63,898 nucleotides of DNA, filler included, from Choristocarpus tenellus KU-1152 (GCA_964200185.2; 8 parts of 8 records of this genome joined end to end with filler, not necessarily neighbours in it), one strand, 5' to 3'. Shown: positions 42,052 to 55,807, counted from the first letter of the whole stretch. A program made the numbers and translations. The notes: generated by a model not told the origin, from the letters alone.

Positions 42052-42232
42052 GACCTGAAGTATCTGTGGGGGGGGGGGGTCTACACCAGGGTATCCATTT
42101 GGACCAAAATCAGGAAAGGTGCAGTTTCATTATCCATCCGATGAATGCAACCAAATCACACAAAAATCGCAACAACAAAAAATTGACCCCAAATGGACAG
42201 CCGCAACCCCCCCCCCCCAGATACTTTAAGCC
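42052..42232. mobile_element. MITE (AAAGTATCT-TIR family, ~175 bp subtype)
   Basis: TIRs ..AAGTATCTGTGGGGG / CCCCCAGATACTTTAAGCC; internal similarity to 43527-43701 and 54327-54499. Confidence 0.85.
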
Positions 42233-42405
42233 ATTTGGAAAAATGCATTCATACCATTTGAGTATGCCAGGATACAGAATCATGGATACAGTAGTCACAA
42301 TTGAAACACCACTTCAGATTCCTAAACAATGTGTAAATGCCCACTAAATTGTTTTTAACAGAATTGTATCAAAACGATTTGTGTGGCTTGCTCCAACCTT
42401 GTCAG

Positions 42406-45400
42406 AACCAGGCACTGGTTGACAAACACACAGAGCATCTTCAATGCGTAACAGATGAATATGATGCAAAGGTGGAAGAAGTACAAGCTCAACAACATTC
42501 TCTCGCAGAGGAAAAGGAAGCGATGACAAAGGTAGTTTCCACTTTCACCCTTATTACTCACAAACAAGCACACATTTGAGGTTGGATGAATTAGTTTAAA
42601 ACAACTTTCCATCTGCATGGCTGCCGCCATATGAATTACAATGTTGTTTCAATTCTAGGTGGAGGAAGTCTTGGCTTAGCTAAATCCAAGTCCAAAGCCT
42701 TTTGCTCTGTTGCTATGCTACCTGTGCATTGCTTGACACTCTGCTTGTTTTGGTTGGTTTTGTTCTTTGTTCCTGTGCAGGCATTTGAAAATCTCAGGTC
42801 GCTTGTTGAGAAGGATGCTGACACTGAGGCGGAGTTTGTCAAGGTAAGTACAGATCATCTGGAAATTTGCCTTTGCCTTTTACATTGATTTAGGAACAGG
42901 GCATAGATGTTCCAACTCACATATCTTCCATTGAATTTGTTGGTTGACAAGTTTTCTAAACACCATCTTCGCCACATATCTACTCTATGTCTGATGTGCA
43001 GTCTTACTCAAAGCACTATTCATACTTCTAACATGTACAGATTCGATGATGCTCCTCAAAACCCGGAATATCAATCTTTTCCAAGCCAAAGTTCATAAGG
43101 GTGAGGTCTGGACCTGTATCTTGCTAGAGCCATTGTGGGCTTGAAAGTATCCTCTTCTTCCTTTGGTATACATCACTGACTTTTTCTTTCTATATTTCCC
43201 ATGCTTTTCAAGCCAACCCATTGACTCAGGGGATGATGAAATAACCTCTGCAGTTCACCCATTCCAACTAGAACTTGATCAAAATGGTGTGAAAATATTA
43301 ACTTCTATTCAGCCTTCTGTAATATTAACAGGTCAAATGATGTTTATGTTGGAATGATATCTAACCCATGCGTAACTCACAATGAAGGTTAAGTATTTGG
43401 CAAAGCTTGCAGCTGAGAGAGAGGCAACGCTTCGCCTCAAGGGTGAAAACGGGATCATGAAGAAGAAGTTTCTGAAACTCAATAAGTGAGTAGTTCACTA
43501 GGGCTAGGACTAGGATTAGGATTAGGGGCTCAAAGTATCTTGGGGGGGGGGTCTACTCCAGGGTGTCCCTTCAGGCCCTGACCAGGAGAAGTGCACTTAC
43601 ATTATCCATCCGAAGCATGCAACCAAATCAATCAAAATCGTGCCATTGAAAAATGGACCCTGAACGGACAGCAGCCCCCACCACCCCAGATACTTTGGGC
43701 TAGGGTTAGGGTTAGTAATATATATCAATGACTACATTGATTGTTTCTCCTAACCCTATCCCTATGAAAATGTACACACCAAACAGACATGGTAATGCCC
43801 TGTCTAGATCTAAGTTTCAGGCACATGGGTGGTCCTCATTATGTTTCTTTCACATACTTTTGTTAGTGATGGCCATTGCCTTGCAATAATTACTCATTTT
43901 CACTACTGTACATGAATGTGGATATTGTTCAGCTAGTGCTTCTAGTTTTTCCAGAAAAGAGGTTGTAGCACTGATTGACAGGAATGCTATGTATTCCAGG
44001 CACTATGGTGGGTTGTAGCAGTATGTACTGCAGGAAGTAGATTCATTCTATTTTGAGACTAGAGCTGAGCACTAACACATACACCACAAAACTAAGTGGA
44101 GTACTCCTTGTATCCTCATTGTCTGAGCTAGTAGGGTGACTACCAAAATTCAATGTCTACACCTGGAAGGGTGACAACAAGCAAGTTCAGCAAATCACTC
44201 GCTGTCTAAGTGAGAATATATTAGAGGGTACGAGTTTTTCCCTGTTAATCTATTTGTGGCTTGGCATCCCATGGGGTTTTTTATGATGTTTTCCTACTCC
44301 AAAATATTTCGGAGTAGGTAAATTGTATACATTATCAAAGATGTGTCCAGAACAAGGATATTGACACTTTCTAACAAACAAGATAGCCAAAGTTACATCA
44401 AATTTGCAACATTTGATTTTTGCCCCCAAATGGATGCGTCCATACCCTCTAAGATACTTTAGCTCGTCTGGAATTTTGAATATCCTGATTCTAGTCTGAT
44501 TGGGCTGTCTTCACTTCAACTTTTGCTCACTGTCCTGAAACTGGTTAGTTTTGTGTCGCGTTGTTCGTTTTTTTGCAAGATGAGGTTGTCTGAAGGCAGG
44601 AAGAATATCCGCAGCATTGTGTCAAGCAATAACTACTAGTAATGTAGAGAGTACTTTCTAAGGAGTCAGTTGCTGATAAATATCCCTGAATCAGATACCT
44701 GAACCCAAGTAAATTTGATACTCCATTTGACAATGCCATCCTTTGATACACATAGACTTCCCAGCCTTGAGGTAAGGATCTGACTCTACCCCTAACCCTA
44801 ACCCTAACCCGTTTGGAGGAATCAACATTTTACTACCGCAGTGAACATTGGTATTGGTGTAGGGATTAATTGTAACTTTATGCAACCAGGATTGATTTTG
44901 AAGTACATGTGAACATATGTCCCCTTTGGAATAGGCAGGTGGACAATCAAAAGGAGGATATATCAAGCTTGCAAGAGCGTCAGCGGGACTTCTTTGAGAC
45001 AATCAAGGGGCTGGAGAAGGATATTCAGGTGTGGCAGAAGAAGAGGTTTGCGTCATGAGGATTTTATGGGTCTGTTTTCAATGCACGCATACCCACATGT
45101 ACCCCATAATATTTCCTGCATGAAGATATGTGGGAATCTGTGCCAAAGCTCCCATGGTGGTACTCATCCCTTGTTTGCAGATGTTGATTTCAAGTTGATC
45201 ATGTCGTTTGAGTGAAACTTTCTCTCAATCTCGTCCACCCCATTGTGCTGACATGCAACAGGAGTTGAACGTTCCCACCGATTTCTCCTTGTCCAAATCC
45301 ATCTCCAAACCTTTCACCATTTGGAGACCCCCCTCCCTCCTTAGCGTCCCTCTAATACCTCACTTTTTCCTTCACAAACTTGCCTGACTTTGATACCCCC

Positions 45401-48400
45401 TGGTGGATTCGATGGCTTGTGCTCTTGTAGCCTGGTTTGCCACATTTGAAGTACTTTTGTGTAGCATTCCCGTTGTTGTCCCTTCAGTGTGGGCAAACTA
45501 ATCACATCTGTGGGTCTCCTCACTCCCACCACATATATCTTGCCCCTAACCTTTGCCTCTCCGCCAACCCCTGCCGTAAATGCCTTCGACTTCATAACCA
45601 GTGCACCTGTCTTCTACACATTCTTCATAGACTGTTCGTTTCACATACACTCTTTCCAGCTTCAGAGCGAAGCATTTAAGAGGGTAGGAGCTTTGCCCTG
45701 TTTATCCGTTTGGGGCTCAACTTCCCACGATTTTTTTATGCCCTCTTTAGGTTTTCTGTGTGAACACAGTTAGTTACCTAAAAATATACGACTATGAAAG
45801 GTGTGTCCGGAGGAAGCATATTGACACTTGCTGACAAACACAATAACCAAAATTCACTAAAATCGCAACATTGGATTTATGATCCCTCTAGTGAACGCGA
45901 CCCTACCCTCTTTAATGATTTTTCTCTTCAGACGTCCCTAACTATCCTTCCCCTTGACCCCCACTATGTCTTTGAAATCTTTCTCACTGAGGGTCTTCCA
46001 TAGCACAAATATCGGGGTGTCTTCTGGCACAGTTGCACTGATGTTTTCCACTCTACTATCAACCTGTAGATGTGAAAGATAACCAATATTTGGACTTCTC
46101 TGAGATCCGATTTCAATTCACGGAGCTTAAACCTCAATGCAGTCCTTTTTTAAGAGCTCCTATCGGAAAAATATGTGTTTATTAATTCCCATGGCTTCCA
46201 TGCAGAGGTGTGGTTCCCCACAATCAGTTTGGTATTCCCCCATGTCTTCAACTGAAAAGCGGACATGGCCATAAACACTTGCTGAACCTGCTCACAAGAA
46301 GAAACTATTTAGTCTATGCCATGATCCAAAGCCATGGTCCAGAATTCCGATTTGTTGCTTCAGGCAGACCCCACCAACCACACCCTGATTCTGCAGGAAC
46401 CTTCATCCTTCTGGCAAAGATGTGAAATTATGATTCCTCGTATTCATCTCCGTTGTATAATTTCAAGGTTCCTCCAACAGATCCCCTCGAGTTTTTAGCA
46501 CACCTTCTCCTAACCTTCATTTACTCCTTCCAGCTCACCCCCCAGCGTCATTGCAAGAACAACCAAGCCTTCTTGCTTGGCTGGCAATCCCCCAAGATAT
46601 GACTCTAACGCTAGTTTTAGCATACTAGGTAGCATGTCAAAGTGAACTGGTTTGCCCTGGATCTGCCCAACGTCTCACTAGCTGCATCAAATTCCCATTA
46701 TTTTCTAATATTATCTATTTTCATCTAAACATCCTTGAGAAGAGAAGTAAATCAGGCGAGAACAAGAGACTCTTCTTGTTCATCCATGTCATCTAGTCAA
46801 CCCTAATCCTAAACATACACCATCCCTAACCCTACTGATGCACATGCCTCTGTGCATCATATCCTGTCTCACACCTGCACAGTCACATGACAATACAGCT
46901 ACCTTATATTCGTTATTTCACCATTCAAGCTCGAAACTTGACACTATGCACCTGTGTAGTGAAGACTTGTGATTGGAAACAAAATAGTTGTGTATCAGTA
47001 GTAATATTCATCTAGAAAATATTGTTCTACAGAATGTGGTGATGCACATTCCCTTGGACATGCCTCATTTTTTTCTCTGATTGTCTTCTCCGTTGTGGTG
47101 ACTGATATCAACATCAATGCTGAATTATTGGATGCATGTTTTATTGGTAACGTGTTGGATCACCACAGAACTCCTGGCAGGGTGACTGAGTGAGGAGATT
47201 GGGGCTTGCAGATGCCTCAATGTTAAAGTGACACTTCAAACCAGCGAAGATTGCAGTGATAATCTTTGCTGACTGTTTCTGTACACATCCGAGATGAATT
47301 GATACCCTTCTGTCTTTTTCACATCTCTGAGCACGTATGTTGGATTTTCCATGCATGTTGCAGGGGCACAAGAAGGAGATACGTGAGCGAGAGGAGACCA
47401 TTGCTGACAAGGAAAAACGCATATATGACCTTAAGAAGAAGAATCAGGAGGTAAGGAGAAAATTCCGCCATTCTATAGTAGCTTGCGATCTGAGTATCTG
47501 GTTCAGTGCGATTATTTGCTGTGATGCTGTGTGGCACTTGAGGGGAACTTTCCCCTTTGTTGAACTAAGGTGAGATGTTTGCCAGGAGTCTCCTCCAGGC
47601 TTGGGGTAATTTGATAAAAAGCCGTAAAAACCCTTTTAAATATTCAAGAACAAGGCAGTTCAAATGAGCACACAACAAGCTTCTCAGCACTTCTTATTGG
47701 GAATGAAGAGACTCCAACATGTTCCCAAGAAGAAAATGTTGCCATCACCAACGGCCATCTATCAACATCCCCTCGCCCACCTTCCCCTTCAGTTAGAGAA
47801 GTTCAAATTTGTGCTGGACTATAAGATCAAGGAGCTCAAGAGACAAATTGAGCCTCGAGAGAATGAGATTGGGGATATGCGCAACCAGATTGAGGAGATG
47901 GACCTAGAGCTAGAGCAGGTAGACTGCAACGAATTCATTCCACTGCAATACTAAAAAAATATGTCCCTTATTTGTCCTCATGTAGTTCTTTGCTGTGTAT
48001 TAGGGTTAGGGTTAGATTGCAGAGTAAAAGATTTTTGTCTCTTATTGTGTCAAGTCCGTCATGTGGAGTACTACCATTGTTACTCATCTAAGGTGTCAGC
48101 TGTGCTGACTCACAAGTATTAGCGAGGAAGATTGTTGATATTGCTCCAAAGATGCTATGAAATAGCATAGTACATGAAAAATGTTTCCTCTTCGAAAACA
48201 GTTTGCTTATGGCTACTTCAAGGCCAACCCAATGTATCATTGCCTTGTTGAAACACATTGCAAGCTCCTGCTTCAATGAGTACTTCTCCTTGTATGAGAT
48301 GTAATAAGTCCTGTTTCCCCCTAACCCTAATCAAGTATCACAAGAGCAACTCCGCTCTAGATCTGATGGTAGGGGAGCTTCGCCTCAAGATGGATGGGAT

Positions 48401-51400
48401 GCAGAAGGAGATTGTTGGGCAAACACAGAAGATGGAAGAAGGAAGGCAGTATGTTCAACATTTTCACAGCGACCTAGGAACTGCAGCACAGGTATTGCTC
48501 ACAGCTTTCACCAAAATTCCCAGAACCTTACATTTTGGTAGAAAAGAAGTGAGTGGGCTAGGGTTAGGGCATATATTTTTAATGGGGAATTGAAATGCTT
48601 AACCCAGATCTTCAGCCAACACATTTTGATATGAACCAGCTGCATGCAAGATTGGGTGTGTCGTACAATATTTACACTGGAATTTACCTTACCTAGCATT
48701 TTACTGCCAATCGTGTCCCCTCTTTGACTCGTGGGTTCAAATCAGCTTGAACTATGGTGTGTGCCCAGTACATTTTGAAATTGGATTTTTTTCAAAGCGT
48801 ATAACTATGGTGTGTGTCAAGAACAATTCTCGGTATATGTATCCCATACTGTTGTCTGTTCTGGATTTATCAGACACAACTATGGGAATGCTGTGAACGT
48901 TCTATGGTAGCTGGGTTTGGTACTTTGCGGAGGGTGACACAGAGGGTAGCTTTTACAGTTGACAAGATTTGGAAACAGTCCATGGATTGACTTTAGCCAA
49001 TCATAATCTGATCATATGAAATTGAAAGGTTCTATTCCCTGTGTGAAAGTTCACTTCAGTTTCTTCTTAGGAGTGGATAGCATATGCTGTTGGCTCAACA
49101 CTTGAGATATCTATTCTTTCCTGCTGCAAAATCAGAAATGAGATATTTAATCTACGCCTTGTGTGGGTATGTCCTTGTGAATCTGTACTTGTGAATCTGT
49201 ACTTACAGAGTATCAACTCAGGTGACAGCAACATGCTCAAGGCTGCAATGATCACTTTGTATCGCCAGTATATGCAGGCAAGAAAATCCCTATTGAAAGT
49301 GAAAATAACCCTAACCCTGAGAGAGAATTGCACATTTCTTGTTGCTGCTGGTGATCGAGATTATTTGTTAGGGATGCCTGGAGTTCCAGATTCTCTTCCA
49401 GCTCTTGTCTAATTATCAATGAAACTGTGAGTTCCTACCTTGTGAGTACTTCTGAACCCATGGCCACATCCACACCCTGTACTCAGAGGGCACACAAAAA
49501 GTGTGTATCTGATGTGTTGAAGTTACTTTTTTTTAGTCCTTTCTTGGTGCCTGTTACCGTTACTTTTTTTTTTTGAATTTCATGCTTTTCCAGCAAAAAA
49601 CATCTGCACACCTAGTACAAAGTATTTTATTTTTAATTTATATTGTCTGTGTAGCATCTGTCTGAAGAAATTGTGGTGTCCCTATTCTATCACTTCTTGT
49701 AGCTATTCACTGAGTCAAAATAAGCGAGAATCACCCAGAGTTACTTTTTAAGAATGTCACCAGCAGATAATGCAATGATGGACTTTATTACAATGTGCAT
49801 AGAACATTTTCCAAATTATGTTGAAGTGTTTCAAAGGATAGAGAAATAAACCCCCTCAAGGCAAACTTAGCACTTCATCCCTAGAAACATAGTGATTCGG
49901 TTAATCGCAAAAGATTCAAAAGCTGGCATGAAATGCAAAACAGCAAAAAACCGAGTTAGGGTTAGGTTTACTTTGAGTCACTACAGCGTTTGAGGATTTC
50001 TCTATGTTTTGATGAGAACCTCATCTGTCTGATGCAACAATGTTTTTCTGTATGTACTTCAGGACTACCCTTCTGCAAAATTGAGCCGTGGAGATGAAAA
50101 TTTCTTGCAGGAAGAGTACAATCGCCAGCGAGAGCACCTTGAAAGAAATGTGGAGGCACTGAAAAGGAACATTGACAAGGCAAGCTGCAAATTGCGATTC
50201 TGCTCTCTTTTGCGACTTTCCCCTGTTCTAGAGCTGATATGGACATACATGATGTAGCATGCATAAAAGAATGGTATGCATGTCAATGAAGTGATCTACC
50301 TTCCCTCCTTCATCCATACCTCAATGCATGTTGTGGTGCTCGCAGGATGTGCACATGTTTCACCAAGATCGATCCCGTCTAAACCGGGAGAATGTTGTGC
50401 TGACTCGTGAGATCAATGAACTCCGGCGTAAAGCTAAAAGTCTTGCCCTTCGTCAACAAGCTGTTGAGAAAGTGAGACACATTATACCGCTTTCGGTTGT
50501 CTGACTTTTCTCCTTCTGTTTGAGCTTCATTGAAAGAACGGTTACTGTAAGATTCCGTTAAGGACAGACAGAATGTACTCACAGGATTTTGAACAACACA
50601 CCTCGATGGTGCTTCTTAACTATTTTATTCTTCTTCCTAACTATTTTATTATTATTCTTAACTATTTTATTCTTCTTCCTAACTATTTTATTCTTCTTCC
50701 TAACTATTTTATTCTTCTTCCTCCACTGCAGACCATGGCTGGTGATATGGATGTCAGCCCTGCTCTACTTTTCGGCGATACTGCAAATCCAGCAAATGCT
50801 GCACCAACCAAGGTCTGTGTACAAGCCATGTATAGCAGTTTGCCCACAAAAAACAGACTCCTGACCTATGTGGGTAAATCAAACTTGGTCAAGCAGAAGA
50901 AAGTGTTGCTTTGAGCTTGTATTTGTCAAATCTTGGGGCTGTATTCGTGTTAGACTCACAATTGCAAAGCACCGGATTGTTCTTCTTACATGATTGACTT
51001 TTTCACGGAGTCCATTAATGAGACTCTGATTGCACAGTACAGTACTATTCACTACTCACTATTTTGCTGTTCTCACACCTTCTCAACTTTATAGGGTGGG
51101 AAAGGAGGAACTGAGAGCAACGGATGGGACCCAGATGACCACAAGAGAAAGATAAACTCAACTTCCTCAAAGCGACTTACTGTGGCTAGCAGCAGACCTG
51201 GATCCGGGTCTTTGCCAACACCACCTTCAGGCAGGCAAGTTTCAACACATTTTGGGAGAAGTGAGATACCCCACAGGGAGCCAAGCAGGGAGAACAATGA
51301 AGAGTTGTGGAGAGAGGTGAGCAAAAGGAGTAGCAACATGCCCTTTATTGAGCTCGTCTATTCATTTTTATGGTTACACCAGTGAGCTTCAATAACCTCT

Positions 51401-52345
51401 CCGAGTTCATGGGAAGGCTCAACCACGCCAGTTCATTTCAGCTTGCATTTTCTTCATCTTCTACAAGAGTTTAATTAAGCACAATTTATATCGCACTGTT
51501 TGGAATAAGGTCTCGAGCATAACGATTCCAAATCAGCTTCAATATTGCCGCAGAATTTTTTTTCTAAATGTGTTGACTCTGCTGATCAATTTGAGGTCTC
51601 ATTGTAATAAGAAGATTGGATCATTAGAAAATGAGTGCAATTTCACATGCTACAAATGCTCCAGAGCTTACCTTAACGGGATATGTAGCTCCAATCCATA
51701 AGCCTATAGGCTGACAACGAGACTTGGAGGGGTCACCTGTTCCAATAGCCTGATAACCAACAGAAGTGAGTGGTTATTAGGTTGGTTGACAAAATATAGA
51801 GTTATTCTCAAGTGTGCAAAATGTAGAGTTATTCTCATTCTCAAGTGAACTGTACGACTGGTAAAATAGATTCCAAGGGTGGCTATATGTAACACGACTA
51901 TATTTTTAAAGGTTAAGTTTGCAGAAGCCATAAAATACAACCGAATCTATTATATTTTTTTCAACCTTCAGATTACAAACTGAAACTACAGCGACTGGAA
52001 CACTTCCTTGCAGGCTGTCTGCGTGCATACTTACTGCTTGCTAACCCTAACCCTTGTTAGAACGCAAGAAGCAACACATGCACTAAGGGTTAGGGTTAGG
52101 GTTAACACATGCACTAATCGCCTGTAGCACACGTATATCCCTTAACACGATTTGCACAGATTGGCATGCAGGAGGAGCAGATAAAGCAACTAAAACAGCA
52201 TGTGGCCCAATTATGGGAGATTGTTGCTGATAGTGGGGGGATGGCGTCAGACGTACCTAGCCAAGGACCAGATCGAGGAGAGAATGTTGTTCTGAATGGC
52301 ATAGATGAGGCTATAGAACACGGGGCAAATGGGACTGTTCCATAA
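42406..52345 (+). CDS. CFAP57: Cilia- and flagella-associated protein 57 (WDR65), C-terminal coiled-coil part, 13 exons
   Basis: Exons 42406-42531, 42781-42843, 43388-43485, 44935-45028, 47364-47450, 47793-47918, 48336-48491, 49209-49277, 50063-50179, 50346-50471, 50732-50812, 51095-51316 and 52160-52345 (TAA), phase-consistent. Hallmarks [85 protein letters not shown] and [14 protein letters not shown]. Confidence 0.94.
43527..43701. mobile_element. MITE (~175 bp subtype) in a CFAP57 intron, inside a TTAGGG-like tract
   Basis: GGCTCAAAGTATCTTGGGG ... CCCCAGATACTTTGGGCT, flanked by AGG/AGG. Confidence 0.88.
44208..44465. mobile_element. MITE (~250 bp subtype) in a CFAP57 intron
   Basis: Inverted homologue of 16053-16293, flanked by GTCT/GTCT. 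Confidence 0.8.
45300..46790 (-). mobile_element. Degenerate LINE 3' relic in a CFAP57 intron
   Basis: Purine-rich broken minus-strand frames with TALRFKLR and a downstream Cys/acidic segment typical of LINE ORF2 C-termini; interrupted by a MITE fragment. Confidence 0.4.
50615..50719 (+). repeat. Minisatellite 5 x 21 bp C(C/T)TAACTATTTTATTCTTCTT at an intron 3' end
   Basis: Tandem units ending 12 nt before the exon that starts at 50732. Confidence 0.95.
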
Positions 52346-53235
52346 TTTTTTGTTGTAAGGTATGAGTGATGGTCTGTACAATAATTTATGTAGTTTCAGA
52401 TTTCGTATGCTACTGTTGAGAGCAGGTGAACAGGTTCATGTCACATCAGTATTGTTGCGGGTCTATATTCTGCTGGTCACTCAGAAAACAATGTGCAAGA
52501 GCTGGACCTGATTCGACCTATGTTCTGGATCTCACCAGGCATGTCAACTGAAGTGGTGTATATGTGCAGTTCATATATACATATAGAGATTACTTACATG
52601 GATACATATTGTATCGTCCTCTATTGAGAGGAAATTGCTCTTGGTAAGGCTGGCATATTGTTCAACCCATTTATCTTCTCCCTAGGTTTCTTCATATCAT
52701 AGAGCCACTACACTTGGTGGTCAGCAATGATTTTCAACACTCTAGGTATTAGGTTGTATCGTCCATTCCTTGGTGTGGACAAGGCTATACTTCCGAGGAG
52801 TAGAACTGCTGGTAGTTGCCTGTTTGCATATTTTTCTGTGTTTATTTTACAATGGTAATTTGAAAGGTTAAGAACCGAGGACACTGCTAAATCTTTGGAA
52901 ACCAAGTACACTCAAAGGAGAAAACTGCGCTTAGACGCCACAACATTGTAATCATATCTGTATCTTCACTCCTTAGAGAAAAGATAACCCTAACCCTAAG
53001 TCTAGTCACAACTCAAACACATCCTCTAGAGTACAAAACAATGGCTTGCGGGCAAGCACGGTTCATACAGCGTAAGCAGTGGCTTCACATCAGTAGAACA
53101 GATCTACAACTGCATCTATGGCTTTGATGAACTTTCTTCCATGCATTCCTTGCAGCAACCAATGTGTTATCTTCCCACAACTAGTCAACCTACTACCTAC
53201 AACTCTCCCGGGTGGAGATACAAACGCAGGGACCT

Positions 53236-53359
53236 CTCTGATTGCCAGTCTGCAAATTTGAATTGCTAGGGCTTATGCCAGTTAGTGTTTGGGACTACTC
53301 TGATTGCCAGTCTGCAGATTTGAATTGCTAGGACTAAGGCCAGTTAGTGTTTGGGACTA
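53236..53359. repeat. Tandem 62-bp duplication followed by (TTAGGG)3-4
   Basis: CTCTGATTGCCAGTCTGCA.ATTTGAATTGCTAGG...CAGTTAGTGTTTGGGACTA occurs twice. Confidence 0.9.
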
Positions 53360-54326
53360 GTGTTTAGGGTTAGGGTTAGGGTTAGACAAGTGGATCGAGA
53401 GGAAAGTAAGCTACTTCCTAATGTTATGGAGGGCATGGGATTGTCATCAGCTTTGGCAATCCATTCACTCATTAACATTGGTAGACATATTATCAAGACC
53501 AAAGAACATATATGATGACATCCATCACATTTTGAAGCTATTTCCTTTGCAAGGCCTACTAACAGGCTTATCTGCAAGAAATTCGCTGATTGATCGATTT
53601 GTATATCTTCAAGTTGTCTGTGTTGTGCCTAACTAACCTCCCGTACTGAACTTGTAGGTACTATCTCATCTTAGCAGGTGGATGCATTCTGAAAATAGTT
53701 CACAAAAAGAGTTGAAGCAACCAAAAGCTGTTGTGTCCACGTGCAATCCTCTCAAGGGTGCGCCCCTTGAAACGACATGTGAACCATATGGCACCCAAAA
53801 TATCAAATCGATTTTATCTAATATTAAGTTGAAGGCGTTGATGATTGAAGTGCACTTCAGCAATATAGGGAAGAAAGCTATGAAGCATCATAGGGAAGCC
53901 TTGGAATTGAAAATGGTCCTCGCACCTCTATTGTGTGTAAGAAGAAATCAATCGGTTGGTCGCACCTTGCACTGAACTTTGCACTGAACGATCACAAGAT
54001 AGTGGACGTGTGTGAAAGCAGCCGTCCCTATGCCAGGTTGTTGCATGGGGGAAGGTTGTTCATGTCCTTTGCACTAAACGAAACAGCAGGGAACTATGGA
54101 TTGGACTCGTGGCGATTGACAGAATTTAGAGTTATAGAACGAAAATGTTAAGCATAGGTGACTTACTCCGGAGTACATACTAGCTAGTTCTCTCATCGCA
54201 TATACTGTGAGTACTTTAGAGTGCAAAGGAATATGTATGAAGTATTGCACATACATGTACTTTCGTGAATAGTTGATCTCAGAAAATATACAGGAACATA
54301 CTGAAGTATTGGCGTGGGTCGTTGAT

Positions 54327-54499
54327 GGCTCGAAGTATCTGGGGGGGGGTTGCAACTGTCCATTTGGGGCCAATTTTTTCATGTCGCCATTTTTGGGTGA
54401 TTTGGTTGCATACGTCGGATGGATAATGAAAGTGCACTTTTCCTGGTTATGGTCCAAATGGACACCCTGGTGTAACCCCCCCCCCAGATACTTTGGGTT
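54327..54499. mobile_element. MITE (~175 bp subtype), reverse orientation
   Basis: GGCTCGAAGTATCTGGGGG ... CCCCCAGATACTTTGGGTT, flanked by TGAT/TGAT. Confidence 0.88.
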
Positions 54500-54599
54500 T
54501 GATGTTCCGTTTTTCGATCAGTTGATCCTGACAATAGTACTCGGGAGTATGACTACTCTGGAGTACTTACATTAATAGTGGAGAAGCCCGCAAAACTAC

Positions 54600-55807
54600 T
54601 GTACTCTACTACTGGCAATATATACAATATTCATATCCATTTTTTGGATGTGCATTCTATAGTTGAGAAAATCTACCCACCAGATGAAATTCGTGGAGTA
54701 TATGCCATTCTATTTGTCCTCTATATAGTGGTGAATGTTCAAACTGATGTATAATGAAGTCCAGTACACAGCACGCCTGAATGAGCTCATCTTGGTCTTC
54801 ATCCTCGTTGTGTTGTTGTAGGGACGTTGACTGGGTTCCAGAGATCTGACATTCCACACATGAACCAATTCATTCACCTGAAGAGTAAGCAGGGGAGACC
54901 TCCGGCTGTAGAGGTAAATTGTTGCTAAGGAAAGGGGAGGATGCAAGCATGAAGTGAACACACCCACTCATTCTTATTGTAACCGCCAAAATTACAATAA
55001 AAAATCGTTGTTGAACAATGGTTTGATTAGGAATGAAATAACTGTGATTCACAAATACAAGTTGGGTATAAGAGTGAATGAGGTCCAGGTACGTACTGCA
55101 TCCTTTTTTCCAAGACATCGAAAAAATCAATTCTCGTGCGTTGCCCGCAGATTAGCAATCTCGCAACCTGTGAAGAGTTGGAAGTATTTAAAGAAACAGT
55201 TGGTATATGCAGTACTCCAGTACTTGATATAGATATAGGATCTTTAAGTGTGTGTTTCTTGTCTTCAATACTCGCGTCTTCCCAACACGTTTCCATCGAT
55301 TTGGGAACTCTTTCAAATGATCGATACCTATGATTCAGACGAATCTTCGATCTGTAAACACATTCAACCAAGATTTCCTCATCAAAAATTTTGGTTAACA
55401 AATCATTTCCAAATATATGAGGAGTCCAGGGATCCATCTGGATGGGAATGCCAAGATTGTCTACACTATGCATCGACTGTCCAAACACTCACCGATTGAT
55501 AATCCAAACCTTGGCTACTTTATATACATCTGGAGCCCAACTTTTTATTGTTTACAACAGTAAGGCAGCACTATTCTCACGCTATCAAGCATGTAACCAC
55601 AACACCTAATCTGTTCTATTGGAATGTAGATGGAACACCTACGACTTTGATGCAACATATTTCCAGAGCGAAATACATCTCTTAATTGTTGCATGCAATA
55701 AACTCTCCGGGATTCAGTAGAGGTATTCGTCTGCCATTGATCACCTCACTCGTTTTGTTGTGCTGAGCCCTATTCCAAATAAAGAGGCCGCAACAATTGC
55801 TTGTACG
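54600..55807 (+). mobile_element. Degenerate Ty3/gypsy pol relic (RT/RNase H to integrase)
   Basis: AIDHLTRFVVLSPIPNKEAATIA at ~55731-55800 is a typical gypsy integrase core start. Upstream frames are broken and the 5' boundary is approximate. Confidence 0.7.
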
